This document shows positions 8,920 to 17,816 of a stretch of 64,000 bases of DNA, in pieces. Every line of letters begins with the position of its first letter. The first letter of the stretch is position 1. The stretch lies in the NCBI GenBank assembly GCA_001817505.1, contig MHIM01000028.1, positions 383-64,382 on the forward strand, written 5' to 3'. A program made the translations under genes and the position numbers. Source of the stretch: Candidatus Buchananbacteria bacterium RIFCSPLOWO2_01_FULL_39_33. GTDB taxonomy: Bacteria; Patescibacteriota; Patescibacteriia; 2-01-FULL-39-33. Under the pieces are notes generated by a model that saw only the letters and a program-made list of their open reading frames with translations, was not told the origin of the DNA and did not search any database.

Positions 8920-9308
8920 TGGTGGAGATGAGGAGTAATGAGCTCCTGTCTGGAAGCAAATTGAAAATCAGTGTACAGAATTAGTTCTTTTAGCTTTAGC
9001 CGAAACCTTTTAAAAGAACAAAATGATTTCAGCTTTATTCGAAATGATTTAAATGGGTCGGCTCGAATAGACCAACCCATCGATTCCAGAAATATAACAC
9101 CGCTTAATACTTACCTGGAAAACAAGTAAGGCGATGGCCATTGGTATTAAGCAACGGCAGGAGCGAAAGCCAAACCGCTGAAAGCGGATTTGACCTTGCT
9201 TGAAATTTTGTCTGCACTTAGAGTGCTTGGCTATTAGTTTATGAGCAACAGCCAATCTCATCCTGCTGATTTTGAATTTAAGAACTTCCATCAAAACAAT
9301 ACATCCCC
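8920..9308 (-). ncRNA. ssrA: Putative tmRNA (ssrA) immediately downstream of smpB
   Basis: The minus-strand RNA begins GGGGAUG... and ends ...CAUCUCCACCA. This gives a 7-bp acceptor stem with the conserved G3.U70 wobble and an encoded CCA. An internal ORF ...AFSGLAFAPAVA-UAA is a plausible tag peptide. Length of about 389 nt is typical. The gene abuts the smpB stop codon. Resume codon and pseudoknots were not verified. Confidence 0.6.
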
Positions 9309-9779
9309 TTAAAATCTTTGTTTTAATGTTCGCTGTATTTCTCTTGCCGCTTCCCGCTTTTTGATAGTTTCTCTTTTATCAATCTTGGTTTTACCGCGGG
9401 CGAGAGCGATAGCTACTTTAATCAGTCCTTTCTTAGTATATACACTTATCGGTATAATTGTCAAGCCCTTATAAGAGCTTTTGCCAATTAGCGAGCTTAT
9501 TTCTTTTTTGCGCAGGAGCAGTTTTCTGGGACGATGAGGATCGTATTTTTTTTGAGCGCTTTTAGCCGGCTGATAAGGCGTGATATGGGCTTTAAGCAGC
9601 CAGACCTCACTGTTTTTATCAATAGTGGCATAAGAGCCCTTTAAACTCATTTGTCCTAATTTAACCGCTTTGACTTCCGGACCGCTTAAGACCAAGCCGG
9701 CTTGGTAGGTTTCCAATATTTCATAATTGAATAAGCCGTCTTTATTAGCGGCTATTATTTTGGGTTGGCCTTTGGACAT
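9309..9779 (-). CDS. smpB: SsrA-binding protein SmpB
   Basis: GLVLSGPEVKAVK...YDPHRPRKLLL is canonical SmpB; 156 aa. Confidence 0.95.
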   Translation of the reverse strand: MSKGQPKIIAANKDGLFNYEILETYQAGLVLSGPEVKAVKLGQMSLKGSYATIDKNSEVWLLKAHITPYQPAKSAQKKYDPHRPRKLLLRKKEISSLIGKSSYKGLTIIPISVYTKKGLIKVAIALARGKTKIDKRETIKKREAAREIQRTLKQRF

Positions 9780-9890
9780 CTTGTTTGACTTGGCGGTTTC
9801 TGGTAAAGTATAATTTAAGTAGTTCGGATCTCTAACTGATGGCAGGTGGACAAGTAAGCGCTTTATTAAAATTAACTTATTTGTAATAAA

Positions 9891-10937
9891 ATGGCAAATC
9901 CAGAATGGCCCCAGAAGATTACTTTTGATGTTTCCCTATCGGCTTTGTTTAAAATTTCAGTTTTATTCCTGATTGTCTTTTTTTTATTTTTCGTCAGAGA
10001 TGTGATTCTGATTATTTTTGTGGCTTTAATTTTGGCTTCAGCTTTGGACCCTTGGGTTGATTTCATGCAGAAGCACAAGATACCGCGCGGCTTGGGTATA
10101 CTGATGATTTATTTAGTAGCGATTATTATTTTAGCCGGAACAGTTTATTTGATTATACCACCAATAGCGATTGAGGTTAAGGATTTAGCCAAGGATTTTC
10201 CCCTTTATTGGGAAAGGTTGTCCGGCAGTGTTGAGAGCTTTCGCATCTATTCTGATGACCATGGCTGGACGCAGACCATCCAGAATTCGCTTAATGATTT
10301 GCAATCCAATGTCAATGCGATTGAAGCGGCGGCTGGCGGAGTTTTCTCTACCGTTTTTGCTTTTTTAGGCGGCCTATTCTCTTTGTTAATCGTGGCGGTT
10401 TTGACTTTTTATTTGACTATTGAAGAGCAGGCCATGAAAAGAGTGTTACGCTCACTGGTGCCGGTCAAATACCAGCCGTATGTTACTCATTTAATCAATC
10501 GAATTCAGGAAAAAATAGGTCTTTGGCTTCGGGGCCAATTGATTTTATCTCTGATAATATTCCTGTTGAGTTGGTTTGGCCTGACTATTTTGGGAATTAA
10601 ATACACTTTGGTCTTGGCTTTATTTGCCGGCATTATGGAATTGGTGCCTTATCTGGGCCCGTTTATCGGAGCGATTCCGGCAGTGTTTATTGCTTTGACT
10701 CAAGCACCGGCTCTGGCCTTGGGAGTGGTGATTGTTTATCTAATCATCCAGCAGTTGGAAAATCATATTATAGTTCCGAAAGTGATGCAGAAAGCTGTTG
10801 GCCTTAATCCGATAATTACTATTGTGGCCATGATGATCGGTTTCAAGCTGGCCGGCATTTTGGGCATTGTCATAGCGATTCCGGCAGCCACGGCTTTAAA
10901 TATCGTCTTAAACGATTTTATTGAAATCAAGAAATAA
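9891..10937 (+). CDS. AI-2E family transporter (PerM/UPF0118)
   Basis: Eight TM segments with a conserved C-terminal region (MELVPYLGPFIGAIPAVFIAL) typical of the AI-2E family. Confidence 0.8.
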   Translation: MANPEWPQKITFDVSLSALFKISVLFLIVFFLFFVRDVILIIFVALILASALDPWVDFMQKHKIPRGLGILMIYLVAIIILAGTVYLIIPPIAIEVKDLAKDFPLYWERLSGSVESFRIYSDDHGWTQTIQNSLNDLQSNVNAIEAAAGGVFSTVFAFLGGLFSLLIVAVLTFYLTIEEQAMKRVLRSLVPVKYQPYVTHLINRIQEKIGLWLRGQLILSLIIFLLSWFGLTILGIKYTLVLALFAGIMELVPYLGPFIGAIPAVFIALTQAPALALGVVIVYLIIQQLENHIIVPKVMQKAVGLNPIITIVAMMIGFKLAGILGIVIAIPAATALNIVLNDFIEIKK

Positions 10938-10959
10938 ATATTACTAACTAATCAGCTTT

Positions 10960-11592
10960 TTGCAGACGCGGGATAGATTTATTGATAAATATTATTCTGC
11001 CATTTGCAAACAGCGAAAGGAAAAAATAATGGTTTACAAAAAAAGGGACAGTCATCAGGTTTCGGAGATTATTCCTGATGAACAAGCAGAGCTGGAAATG
11101 GGCGCCCAGAATTACGCTTATGGGGCCAAAAGCGGCAGGGGATTCTTAAAATTTGTCATTATTGCTTTAGTGGTGATAGTGGTGGTCGTCGGCGGTTGGT
11201 ATCTGATTGACAACTATACCGATTGGAATTTACCGGGAATGAATTTCCAAAATAAGGCAGTGTCAAGAGGTTGGTATGCCGTGTTCTTATCCAATGGCCA
11301 GGTTTATTTCGGCAAAATTGATAAAATAAATAAAAGCGATCTGGTTTTAAGCAATATTTATTATTTACAAGTGGTGACTAAGCCCTTACAACAAAGCCAG
11401 GAAACTCCGTCTGTTAATCAAGCCCAAACCCAGCAGGAGCTGACCTTAGCCAAACTGGGTAACGAATTGCATGGTCCAGTTGATATCATGACGATTAATC
11501 GCGACCATATCCTTTTGACTGAAGAATTGAAAGAGGACTCCAAAGTGGTAACGGCCATTACCACCTATATTGCCGAACAAGCCGCCAAATAA
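10960..11592 (+). CDS. Hypothetical N-terminally anchored membrane protein
   Basis: Single TM helix (FVIIALVVIVVVVGGWYLI) followed by a soluble domain. The start may instead be the internal MVYKK near 11029. Confidence 0.5.
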   Translation: MQTRDRFIDKYYSAICKQRKEKIMVYKKRDSHQVSEIIPDEQAELEMGAQNYAYGAKSGRGFLKFVIIALVVIVVVVGGWYLIDNYTDWNLPGMNFQNKAVSRGWYAVFLSNGQVYFGKIDKINKSDLVLSNIYYLQVVTKPLQQSQETPSVNQAQTQQELTLAKLGNELHGPVDIMTINRDHILLTEELKEDSKVVTAITTYIAEQAAK

Positions 11593-11613
11593 TAATTATC
11601 AATCTGCATTTTA

Positions 11614-11645
11614 AAAGGACGTGGAAAAACCGCGTCCTTTTTGTT
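11614..11645 (+). terminator. Rho-independent terminator
   Basis: Hairpin aggacgtgg-aaaaa-ccgcgtcct followed by ttttt. Confidence 0.6.
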
Positions 11646-11689
11646 ATACTAAATAAAGATAATGACTTTATAATGTTGCTGGCCGAATA

Positions 11690-11819
11690 CCCCTGGCTTT
11701 TAAGCCAGGGGATGAAGGCCAGTGTGAGAAAAAATATTGTCGGCGGTAGAGACGGGGCATGCCCCGTCTCTACCAGTCATTCTGAATTTGCCCAGATACT
11801 GCGGTCTTTAGACCGCAGT
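11690..11819 (+). promoter_or_regulatory. Cluster of three perfect palindromes/hairpins in the leader of CDS 11833..12576
   Basis: Three perfect inverted repeats: cccctggc-tttta-gccagggg (8 bp), ggtagagacggggc-at-gccccgtctctacc (14 bp), and actgcggtc-ttta-gaccgcagt (9 bp). Confidence 0.4.
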
Positions 11820-11832
11820 CAAATTCATTAAA

Positions 11833-12576
11833 ATGCAATTAGAAAATAGTAAAATTTTCGATGATGGTGAAAAATATCTGACTCTTTTGGAGTTGTCCAG
11901 AGCGCAAAAATATGGTCTGGAATATCTGCTTGACGCCGCCAGCCGCGGGCAACTCAAGGCCTTTAAGATTGGTGATGACTGGCTGACTACCGCCAAGTGG
12001 TTTGATGATTATAATTTCTTAATTAAGAAGGAAATTGCCGGGGAAGTTGCCCGTTTCCGGCAGACCGATGAAAAGAGCCAATGGGCCGATTTTTTTACCA
12101 AGGAAAACCGTCGTCTGGCTTTTAGACCCCAGATTTTTTTGATTATAATAATTTTTTCTCTGTTTTCCTTTTCTTTAAGTTGGCTGGCCTTTTCTCCCAG
12201 AGGCAATAAGATGGCGCTGGCTGCCAGCAATCTGGTTAATAAGAAATATGTGGCAGCCAATTATTTTTTAAATTCGGTTCATGGCGTTTATGGTTATGGC
12301 TCCGGTTACTTAGCTTATCTATTTAACAGTTCTCTGATGTCAGTCGGCCTGCTCTATGATGCTACCCTTGAAGCCGCCAAAGGGCTGGACCAAATAGCCT
12401 TGGGGATTGATAATAAGACCCGAAGCTATAAAATATCCGATGAAATCATTACCGAAGGAATCCATGAATTAGCTGAGATAGCCAGGCATAAATATCGAGC
12501 GGTGGCCGGTACTGAAGAAATCAGGCGCCAAATATATTTTAGTGAATGGCAGAAATCGTCTGAATCGGGCAATTAA
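11833..12576 (+). CDS. Hypothetical membrane protein
   Basis: ORF with one central hydrophobic segment; no motif recognised. Confidence 0.5.
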   Translation: MQLENSKIFDDGEKYLTLLELSRAQKYGLEYLLDAASRGQLKAFKIGDDWLTTAKWFDDYNFLIKKEIAGEVARFRQTDEKSQWADFFTKENRRLAFRPQIFLIIIIFSLFSFSLSWLAFSPRGNKMALAASNLVNKKYVAANYFLNSVHGVYGYGSGYLAYLFNSSLMSVGLLYDATLEAAKGLDQIALGIDNKTRSYKISDEIITEGIHELAEIARHKYRAVAGTEEIRRQIYFSEWQKSSESGN

Positions 12577-12669
12577 CTGATTATTGCCGAATCCTTGGCT
12601 TTTCGCTAAGATGGTTTAACTCAAATGATTATTAAAATATTCCATATGCCTTTAAAGGATGACGATTTG

Positions 12670-14016
12670 ATGCAAAAAATAGTGTCGTTTTGTAAAAGGA
12701 GGGGCTTTATTTTTCCGGCCTCGGAGATTTATGGCGGCTTTGCCAATGCTTACAGTTATGGCCCTTATGGCACGGAACTCAAAAACAACATCAAAAAATT
12801 GTGGTGGAAAATGTTTGTTCAAGACCGGGCAGATATTGTTGGCTTAGACGGACCGATTTTACTCAACCCCAAAATTTGGGAGGCCTCTGGCCACACCAGC
12901 GGTTTTAATGATGCTATGGTTGACTGTCGGGCCTGCCAAAAAAGATTTCGCGCCGACCACTTAGTGGAACAAGCGACTGGCCGTGATTTGGAAGGCGATT
13001 TAAAAGCGATGTCAAAAATTTTGCATGATGAAAAAGTCAAATGTCCCAATTGCGGCCAATCCGATTGGACAAAGGTCAGGAATTTAAATCTGATGTTTAA
13101 GACCGAAATGAACGGCATTGAGGGACCGGTCTATCTTCGGCCAGAAACTGCCGGCGCTATTTTTGTGGATTTTAAAAATGTTATTGATTCTATGAGGGTC
13201 AAGATACCCTTTGGCATCGCCCAAATCGGCAAGGCCTTTAGAAACGAAATTATCGCTGGCAATTTTATTTTTCGTTTGCGGGAATTTGAGCAAATGGAAA
13301 TTGAATATTTTATTGACCCCAAGACCAAATGGGAGCCGTTGTTTGAAGGGTGGCTTAGAGACCAAGGGGAATTTGTAATGGCTTTGGGCGCCAAGAAAAA
13401 GAATTTTAGAAGATTTGAACATCCTAAAGAGAAACTTTCCCATTATTCTAAAAAGACCGTGGATATTGAATATAATTTCCCTTTTGGCTGGAGCGAGCTC
13501 TATGGCTTGGCGCATCGGGGCGATTTTGATTTAAGCCAGCATGCCAAATTTTCCGGCCAGGATTTGAGTTATTTGGACCAGATTTCTAACCACCGGTATA
13601 TCCCGCATGTTTTAGAGCCGACTTTTGGTGTTGATAGAAGTGTTTTAGTGTCTTTGGTCTCGGCTTACACTGAAGAGAAAGTAGGGGATGAGGAAAGAGT
13701 AGTTTTGAAGTTTCCTAAAAACTTAGCGCCGATTAAAGTAGCGATTTTCCCGCTTTTAAAAAACAAAGAAAAATTAGTTGAGAAAGCCAAAGGAATTTTT
13801 AATTCTTTGAAAACCGAATTAATATGCGAGTTTGATGATAACGGCAATATTGGCAAACGCTACCGCCGGCAGGATGAAATCGGCACGCCTTATTGTATAA
13901 CAGTTGATTTTGATACTTTGGATAACAACACCGTCACTGTCCGCGACCGTGATAGCATGAAGCAGGAGAGGGTGAATATCGGGGAGTTGAAAGAATGGCT
14001 TAAGAGGGAAATTTAA
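12670..14016 (+). CDS. glyQS: Glycine--tRNA ligase (dimeric alpha2-type GlyRS)
   Basis: MQKIVSFCKRRGFIFPASEIYGGFANAYSYGPYG matches the GlyRS N-terminus. Class II motifs present. AAGGA lies 10 nt upstream of this ATG. The ORF track's start at 12625 is probably too far upstream. Confidence 0.9.
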   Translation: MQKIVSFCKRRGFIFPASEIYGGFANAYSYGPYGTELKNNIKKLWWKMFVQDRADIVGLDGPILLNPKIWEASGHTSGFNDAMVDCRACQKRFRADHLVEQATGRDLEGDLKAMSKILHDEKVKCPNCGQSDWTKVRNLNLMFKTEMNGIEGPVYLRPETAGAIFVDFKNVIDSMRVKIPFGIAQIGKAFRNEIIAGNFIFRLREFEQMEIEYFIDPKTKWEPLFEGWLRDQGEFVMALGAKKKNFRRFEHPKEKLSHYSKKTVDIEYNFPFGWSELYGLAHRGDFDLSQHAKFSGQDLSYLDQISNHRYIPHVLEPTFGVDRSVLVSLVSAYTEEKVGDEERVVLKFPKNLAPIKVAIFPLLKNKEKLVEKAKGIFNSLKTELICEFDDNGNIGKRYRRQDEIGTPYCITVDFDTLDNNTVTVRDRDSMKQERVNIGELKEWLKREI

Positions 14017-14970
14017 TTGAACGCCATGAAAAACCCCGAATTTCTCAAACAAAAATACGATCTCCATAACAGCCCCGAGGCGGCTTCAGCCGCTAAGAGC
14101 AGCGAGGTTGCTATCGGCCGGAAGGTTCCTCAAAATCCCGAGGCGCGCATTGAGAATTATCTCGCTCGCCTGGAACAGCTAGCTCTTGATCCTGAAAAAA
14201 AACAGGCCAGAAAAATGTTCGGCGGTGAGCCGCGGCCTCGCGCGCTCGCCATCCTGCGGGAAATGGTAATGGACAAGTATGTCAGACCAAATAAAGATAA
14301 GCTGGCTCAAGGCGCGGCACAAGTGGAAGAGCGCGCCGCCAGAGAACTAGGCATTGAGGCGCGCTATGGCCAAGAAGAACTGGCCGAGCGCGGAGAAATA
14401 GCCGTGGCGGACTTGGAAAAGTCCCTGGACAATTGGATCTTGTATCTTTCCGATTTGAATGAGCCATACCCTGTTTGGTTCAGGTATTATGCTTTTCGCA
14501 ATATTCTTGATCTGGGCGATTATGACAAGGACAAAGGCGAATTCACCAAGCGCTCAAAAGGCAGCACGCGTCTTTTTCCCGATATTGATCGCGGTGCTCT
14601 GGCCTATGTGGAGCAGATGATAGAAGCCTCACGCGATCCCAAAATGCTAGAACGGCTCATCGGCGCCCAGCAAACAGCGGCTCGAGGAGACATACCCGCC
14701 GATCAGCTCATCACCAAAGAAAAAGCCCAAAACTTCGCCCAACTCTCATTCGCCAAGCAATACGCCGAGGGTATCCGACAAGCCGGCGAGATTACACCGG
14801 AGATGAGGGCTGAAACTAAAGGTCAGTGGGTCAAATATCAGAAAGGCACCGATCCGACAGCTTTATGGGCCTCTTTGCAAAACAAGGGCACGGCTTGGTG
14901 CACCAAGGGCTTTGCCACGGCCGAGACCCAGCTCAAAGGCGGCGACTTCTATGTCTATTACACTCTTTGA
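14017..14970 (+). CDS. Hypothetical protein, likely co-transcribed with the DGR target gene
   Basis: ORF whose stop overlaps the next gene's ATG (14951) by 20 bp; no motif recognised. Confidence 0.5.
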   Translation: MNAMKNPEFLKQKYDLHNSPEAASAAKSSEVAIGRKVPQNPEARIENYLARLEQLALDPEKKQARKMFGGEPRPRALAILREMVMDKYVRPNKDKLAQGAAQVEERAARELGIEARYGQEELAERGEIAVADLEKSLDNWILYLSDLNEPYPVWFRYYAFRNILDLGDYDKDKGEFTKRSKGSTRLFPDIDRGALAYVEQMIEASRDPKMLERLIGAQQTAARGDIPADQLITKEKAQNFAQLSFAKQYAEGIRQAGEITPEMRAETKGQWVKYQKGTDPTALWASLQNKGTAWCTKGFATAETQLKGGDFYVYYTL

Positions 14971-15943
14971 TCGCCAAGGTCAGCCCACTATTCCCCGCAT
15001 TGCCATCCGTCTGCAAGGCTCCAATATCGGAGAGGTGCGCGGCGTGGCCGATAATGATCAGAATCTGGAAGGCAATATGGCTACTATCGCCGAAGAAAAA
15101 CTCAAGGAATTTCCTGACAGCCAGCAATATGAGAAGAAAACTCAAGACATGAAACTGCTGACTGCCATTGAAAAGAAAACCAAAAACAACGAACCACTGA
15201 CCAGAAACGAACTGATCTTTCTCTACGAGATCAACTCCAAAATAGAGGGCTTCGGCTATCAAGACGATCCGCGCATCAAGGAAATCCGCGAAACCAGAAA
15301 AGTCGAAAAGGACGCATCAATTATTTTTGAATGTGAACAATCGCAAATCGCTTATGACGAGAAAGACGTCACTGAAAACACACAAGCATACATTGGAAAA
15401 TGGAACATCAAAATCTTCCAGAAAATCAGAAACTATCCGAACATCAAACATCTTTTTGAATCATTTCCGGACAAAAAAATATTCATGGAAACTCTGGAAA
15501 CTGACCCGAGTATCAATTCTCCTGAATCCGCCGAAGAAGCAATGAAAAGAAAAAAGATCTATTATTCCGATTGGGGTAAAGACATTCTTTACAAAACAGA
15601 ATTCAGTGAAGAAAAACAGTCCTATGATTTAGTGAGATTTTCCGTAGAACAACTTGGATTTCCCAAGGGTGCGACTACGCAAGAAATATACGATAAAGCG
15701 GAAAAATTAGGATTGGAACTTTGCCCGGCAGAAGTTGGTCCGCATTTGCGTTTGCAATATCCAGGCAAAGAATGGATGTTAATTGCGATGAAACAAATTC
15801 CTGACCGCTATGACTCTCCGGCTGTGTTCCTCCTGGGCACTTATGGTGGACAGCTCGTACTCTACGGCTACGATGCCAAGCCTTCGAGCAGGTGGTGTAC
15901 TGACGATGAGTTTGTTTTCCGCGTCCGCAAGTTTAAAACTTAG
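14951..15943 (+). CDS. DGR variable (target) protein; its C-terminal 42 codons form the variable repeat (VR)
   Basis: The last 127 bp of the gene (15801-15927) match the downstream template repeat, except at positions where the TR has adenine. Confidence 0.7.
   Translation: MSITLFDRQGQPTIPRIAIRLQGSNIGEVRGVADNDQNLEGNMATIAEEKLKEFPDSQQYEKKTQDMKLLTAIEKKTKNNEPLTRNELIFLYEINSKIEGFGYQDDPRIKEIRETRKVEKDASIIFECEQSQIAYDEKDVTENTQAYIGKWNIKIFQKIRNYPNIKHLFESFPDKKIFMETLETDPSINSPESAEEAMKRKKIYYSDWGKDILYKTEFSEEKQSYDLVRFSVEQLGFPKGATTQEIYDKAEKLGLELCPAEVGPHLRLQYPGKEWMLIAMKQIPDRYDSPAVFLLGTYGGQLVLYGYDAKPSSRWCTDDEFVFRVRKFKT
15801..15927 (+). repeat. DGR variable repeat (VR)
   Basis: 127-bp alignment to the TR at 16270-16396 shows 19 mismatches, every one at a TR adenine. 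The last 28 bp before the repeat end (ending gtttgttttccgcgtccg) are identical, an IMH-like region. Confidence 0.85.
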
Positions 15944-16269
15944 AAATTTTTTCACTTTTAATTTTTTGACGTTTTGAAGTTTTGTTTCTTTGATACTTTT
16001 CCGCCGTAGGCGGTCGACACAATTTTTTGGTATAATATATTCAGTTTGATTTATCGGACGGTTACGGCTTTCCGAAATCTTTCCGGCAAATGCGTATTGA
16101 GAGCGCAAGCGGTCAAGGCTTCTTGCGGAGTGGTTTGTATTTTGTCTTCAAAAAGAAATTTACTTGGTATGCGGCGCTGGTGGATTTTAGATCCCAAATA
16201 ATATACAGCTTGTGGTCTTCTGCTTTGTGGATTACTCAGGCAGTGTCAAAGATGGCCCCGCATATATTA

Positions 16270-16396
16270 CTGACCGCAATGACAATCCGAATGTGTTCAA
16301 CCTGAGCACTAATGGTGAACAGCTCGAACTCAACGGCAACAATGCCAAGCCTTCGAACAGGTGGAATACTGACAATAAGTTTGTTTTCCGCGTCCG
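16270..16396 (+). repeat. DGR template repeat (TR)
   Basis: Same 127-bp unit as the VR, with A at all variable positions. TR Asn codons AAC/AAT correspond to Y/S/A/L/G/V/Y/Y/D/S/C/D/E codons in the VR. Not protein-coding, although it appears as ORF 16212..16400. Confidence 0.85.
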
Positions 16397-16419
16397 TTAG
16401 TCAATTCTTTTTCCGCGTT

Positions 16420-16818
16420 TCACAAATCGCGGTTTTTCTTATCAGGATTTTTAAAACTATTCCGCCAGCCGCCCAGCATCCGACCGGTTTCTTCAAGCTT
16501 CAAAGACACAATTTCGCAGTGCCTATGGGAAATCAACTTGCCTTCCCAAGCCACGGAAACCAAGAATTTTAATGTATCTAAAATGAGAATGCAATTGGCA
16601 ATTTTCTCCGCCTTTTTCTCTTTCTCGGTAAAATATGCGTTATATGACAGTTCCAGCAGATCAAGAAATTTATTTTCAATCCGAGTTCTAATAGTGTAAC
16701 GGGCTCCTTTAGCAATATGAGGCATAATATCAACCCAAATCAAATATCCCTCTTCGATTCTATTGAGAATAGAGGCGTTATCGAGAGAGAGAGAGAGAGT
16801 AGAATTCGGCCGTGTCAT
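16420..16818 (-). CDS. avd: DGR accessory variability determinant (Avd)
   Basis: About 133 aa taken from the internal Met. The C-terminus ...HRHCEIVSLKLEETGRMLGGWRNSFK parallels Bordetella phage Avd ...QVETAQVLIAEVGRILGSWIARV. It lies on the opposite strand from the RT, TR and VR. Confidence 0.7.
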   Translation of the reverse strand: MTRPNSTLSLSLDNASILNRIEEGYLIWVDIMPHIAKGARYTIRTRIENKFLDLLELSYNAYFTEKEKKAEKIANCILILDTLKFLVSVAWEGKLISHRHCEIVSLKLEETGRMLGGWRNSFKNPDKKNRDL

Positions 16819-17796
16819 ATTTATAATGATATCATTTCTGTGGAAAATTTGCTTGCCGCCTGGCGAGAATTTCTGCGCGGCAAGCGGCATCGCCAAGATG
16901 TGGCGTTATTTTCGCTCCATTTAACTGATAATATTTTATTATTACAGCGTGAACTTGCAAACAGAACTTACCGGCATGGTCCATATCGCGCTTTCAAAAT
17001 CAATGATCCGAAACCGCGTCATATTCACAAAGCGAGTGTCCGTGATCGACTAGTCCATCACGTTATTTATCGGGTTTTATATCCATATTTTGATTCGAAG
17101 TTTATTTTTGATTCATTTTCGTGCCGTCGCGGCAAGGGGACGCACCGAGCAATGAATAGATTTCAGCAGTATGGCCGGCAGGTATCGCGCAATAATACTC
17201 GGACGGCCTGGATTTTGAAAGGCGATATCAGGAAATTTTTCGCCAGCATTGACCATAAGATTCTGCGCGACATTTTATCGCGGCAAATCAGAGATAATGA
17301 CGTTGTTCGGCTCTTGGGCGAAGTGATCGGAAGTTTCCAGACCAAAGACAAACCCAATATCGGTCTGCCGCTCGGCAATCTGACCAGCCAACTCTTAGTG
17401 AATATTTATCTGAATGAATTCGATTATTTCATTAAGAGAAAATTGAAAATTGCATATTATGTCCGTTATGCCGATGACTTCGTGATTATATCGGACGATA
17501 AACGATGGTTAGCAAACCAAATCAGGCCAATCAGCGATTTTTTGTTTAATAATTTGCAACTTCAGCTTCACTCCGATAAGGTTTTTATTAAGAGTTTGGC
17601 GTCCGGCGTTGATTTCCTCGGCTGGGTGCATTTCCCGCGCCATCGCGTACTAAGAACAGCGACGAAAAGAAGGATGTTAAAAAGAATCATTGAAAATCCC
17701 AAACCTGAGTCGGTGAATTTGTATTTGGGATTGATCAGTCATGGCAATAGCTATAAACTGCGAGAGAGAATTGCCAATTTATGCGATTTTTGCTAA
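16717..17796 (+). CDS. DGR-type reverse transcriptase
   Basis: LGNLTSQ matches the DGR hallmark [I/L]GxxxSQ (group II RTs have QGxxxSP instead). YVRYADDFVII is the catalytic YxDD motif. N-terminal ENLLAAWREFLRGKRHR parallels Brt ENLLDAYRKTSHGKRR. The probable true start is GTG at 16840, which would remove the overlap with avd. Confidence 0.9.
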   Translation: MRHNINPNQISLFDSIENRGVIERERESRIRPCHIYNDIISVENLLAAWREFLRGKRHRQDVALFSLHLTDNILLLQRELANRTYRHGPYRAFKINDPKPRHIHKASVRDRLVHHVIYRVLYPYFDSKFIFDSFSCRRGKGTHRAMNRFQQYGRQVSRNNTRTAWILKGDIRKFFASIDHKILRDILSRQIRDNDVVRLLGEVIGSFQTKDKPNIGLPLGNLTSQLLVNIYLNEFDYFIKRKLKIAYYVRYADDFVIISDDKRWLANQIRPISDFLFNNLQLQLHSDKVFIKSLASGVDFLGWVHFPRHRVLRTATKRRMLKRIIENPKPESVNLYLGLISHGNSYKLRERIANLCDFC

Positions 17797-17816
17797 AATA
17801 GCGATATAAATTAATT

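Noticed and set aside
9049-9294. 81-aa ORF on the minus strand
   Set aside because: It lies entirely inside the putative tmRNA gene, so it is more likely non-coding.
15779-16108. 109-aa minus-strand ORF
   Set aside because: Antisense to the DGR target 3' end and the VR-TR spacer, with no RBS; spurious.
16212-16400. 62-aa ORF ending ...KFVFRVR
   Set aside because: It is the DGR template repeat plus flanking sequence. It is Asn-rich because of the TR adenines and has no start context, so it is not a gene.
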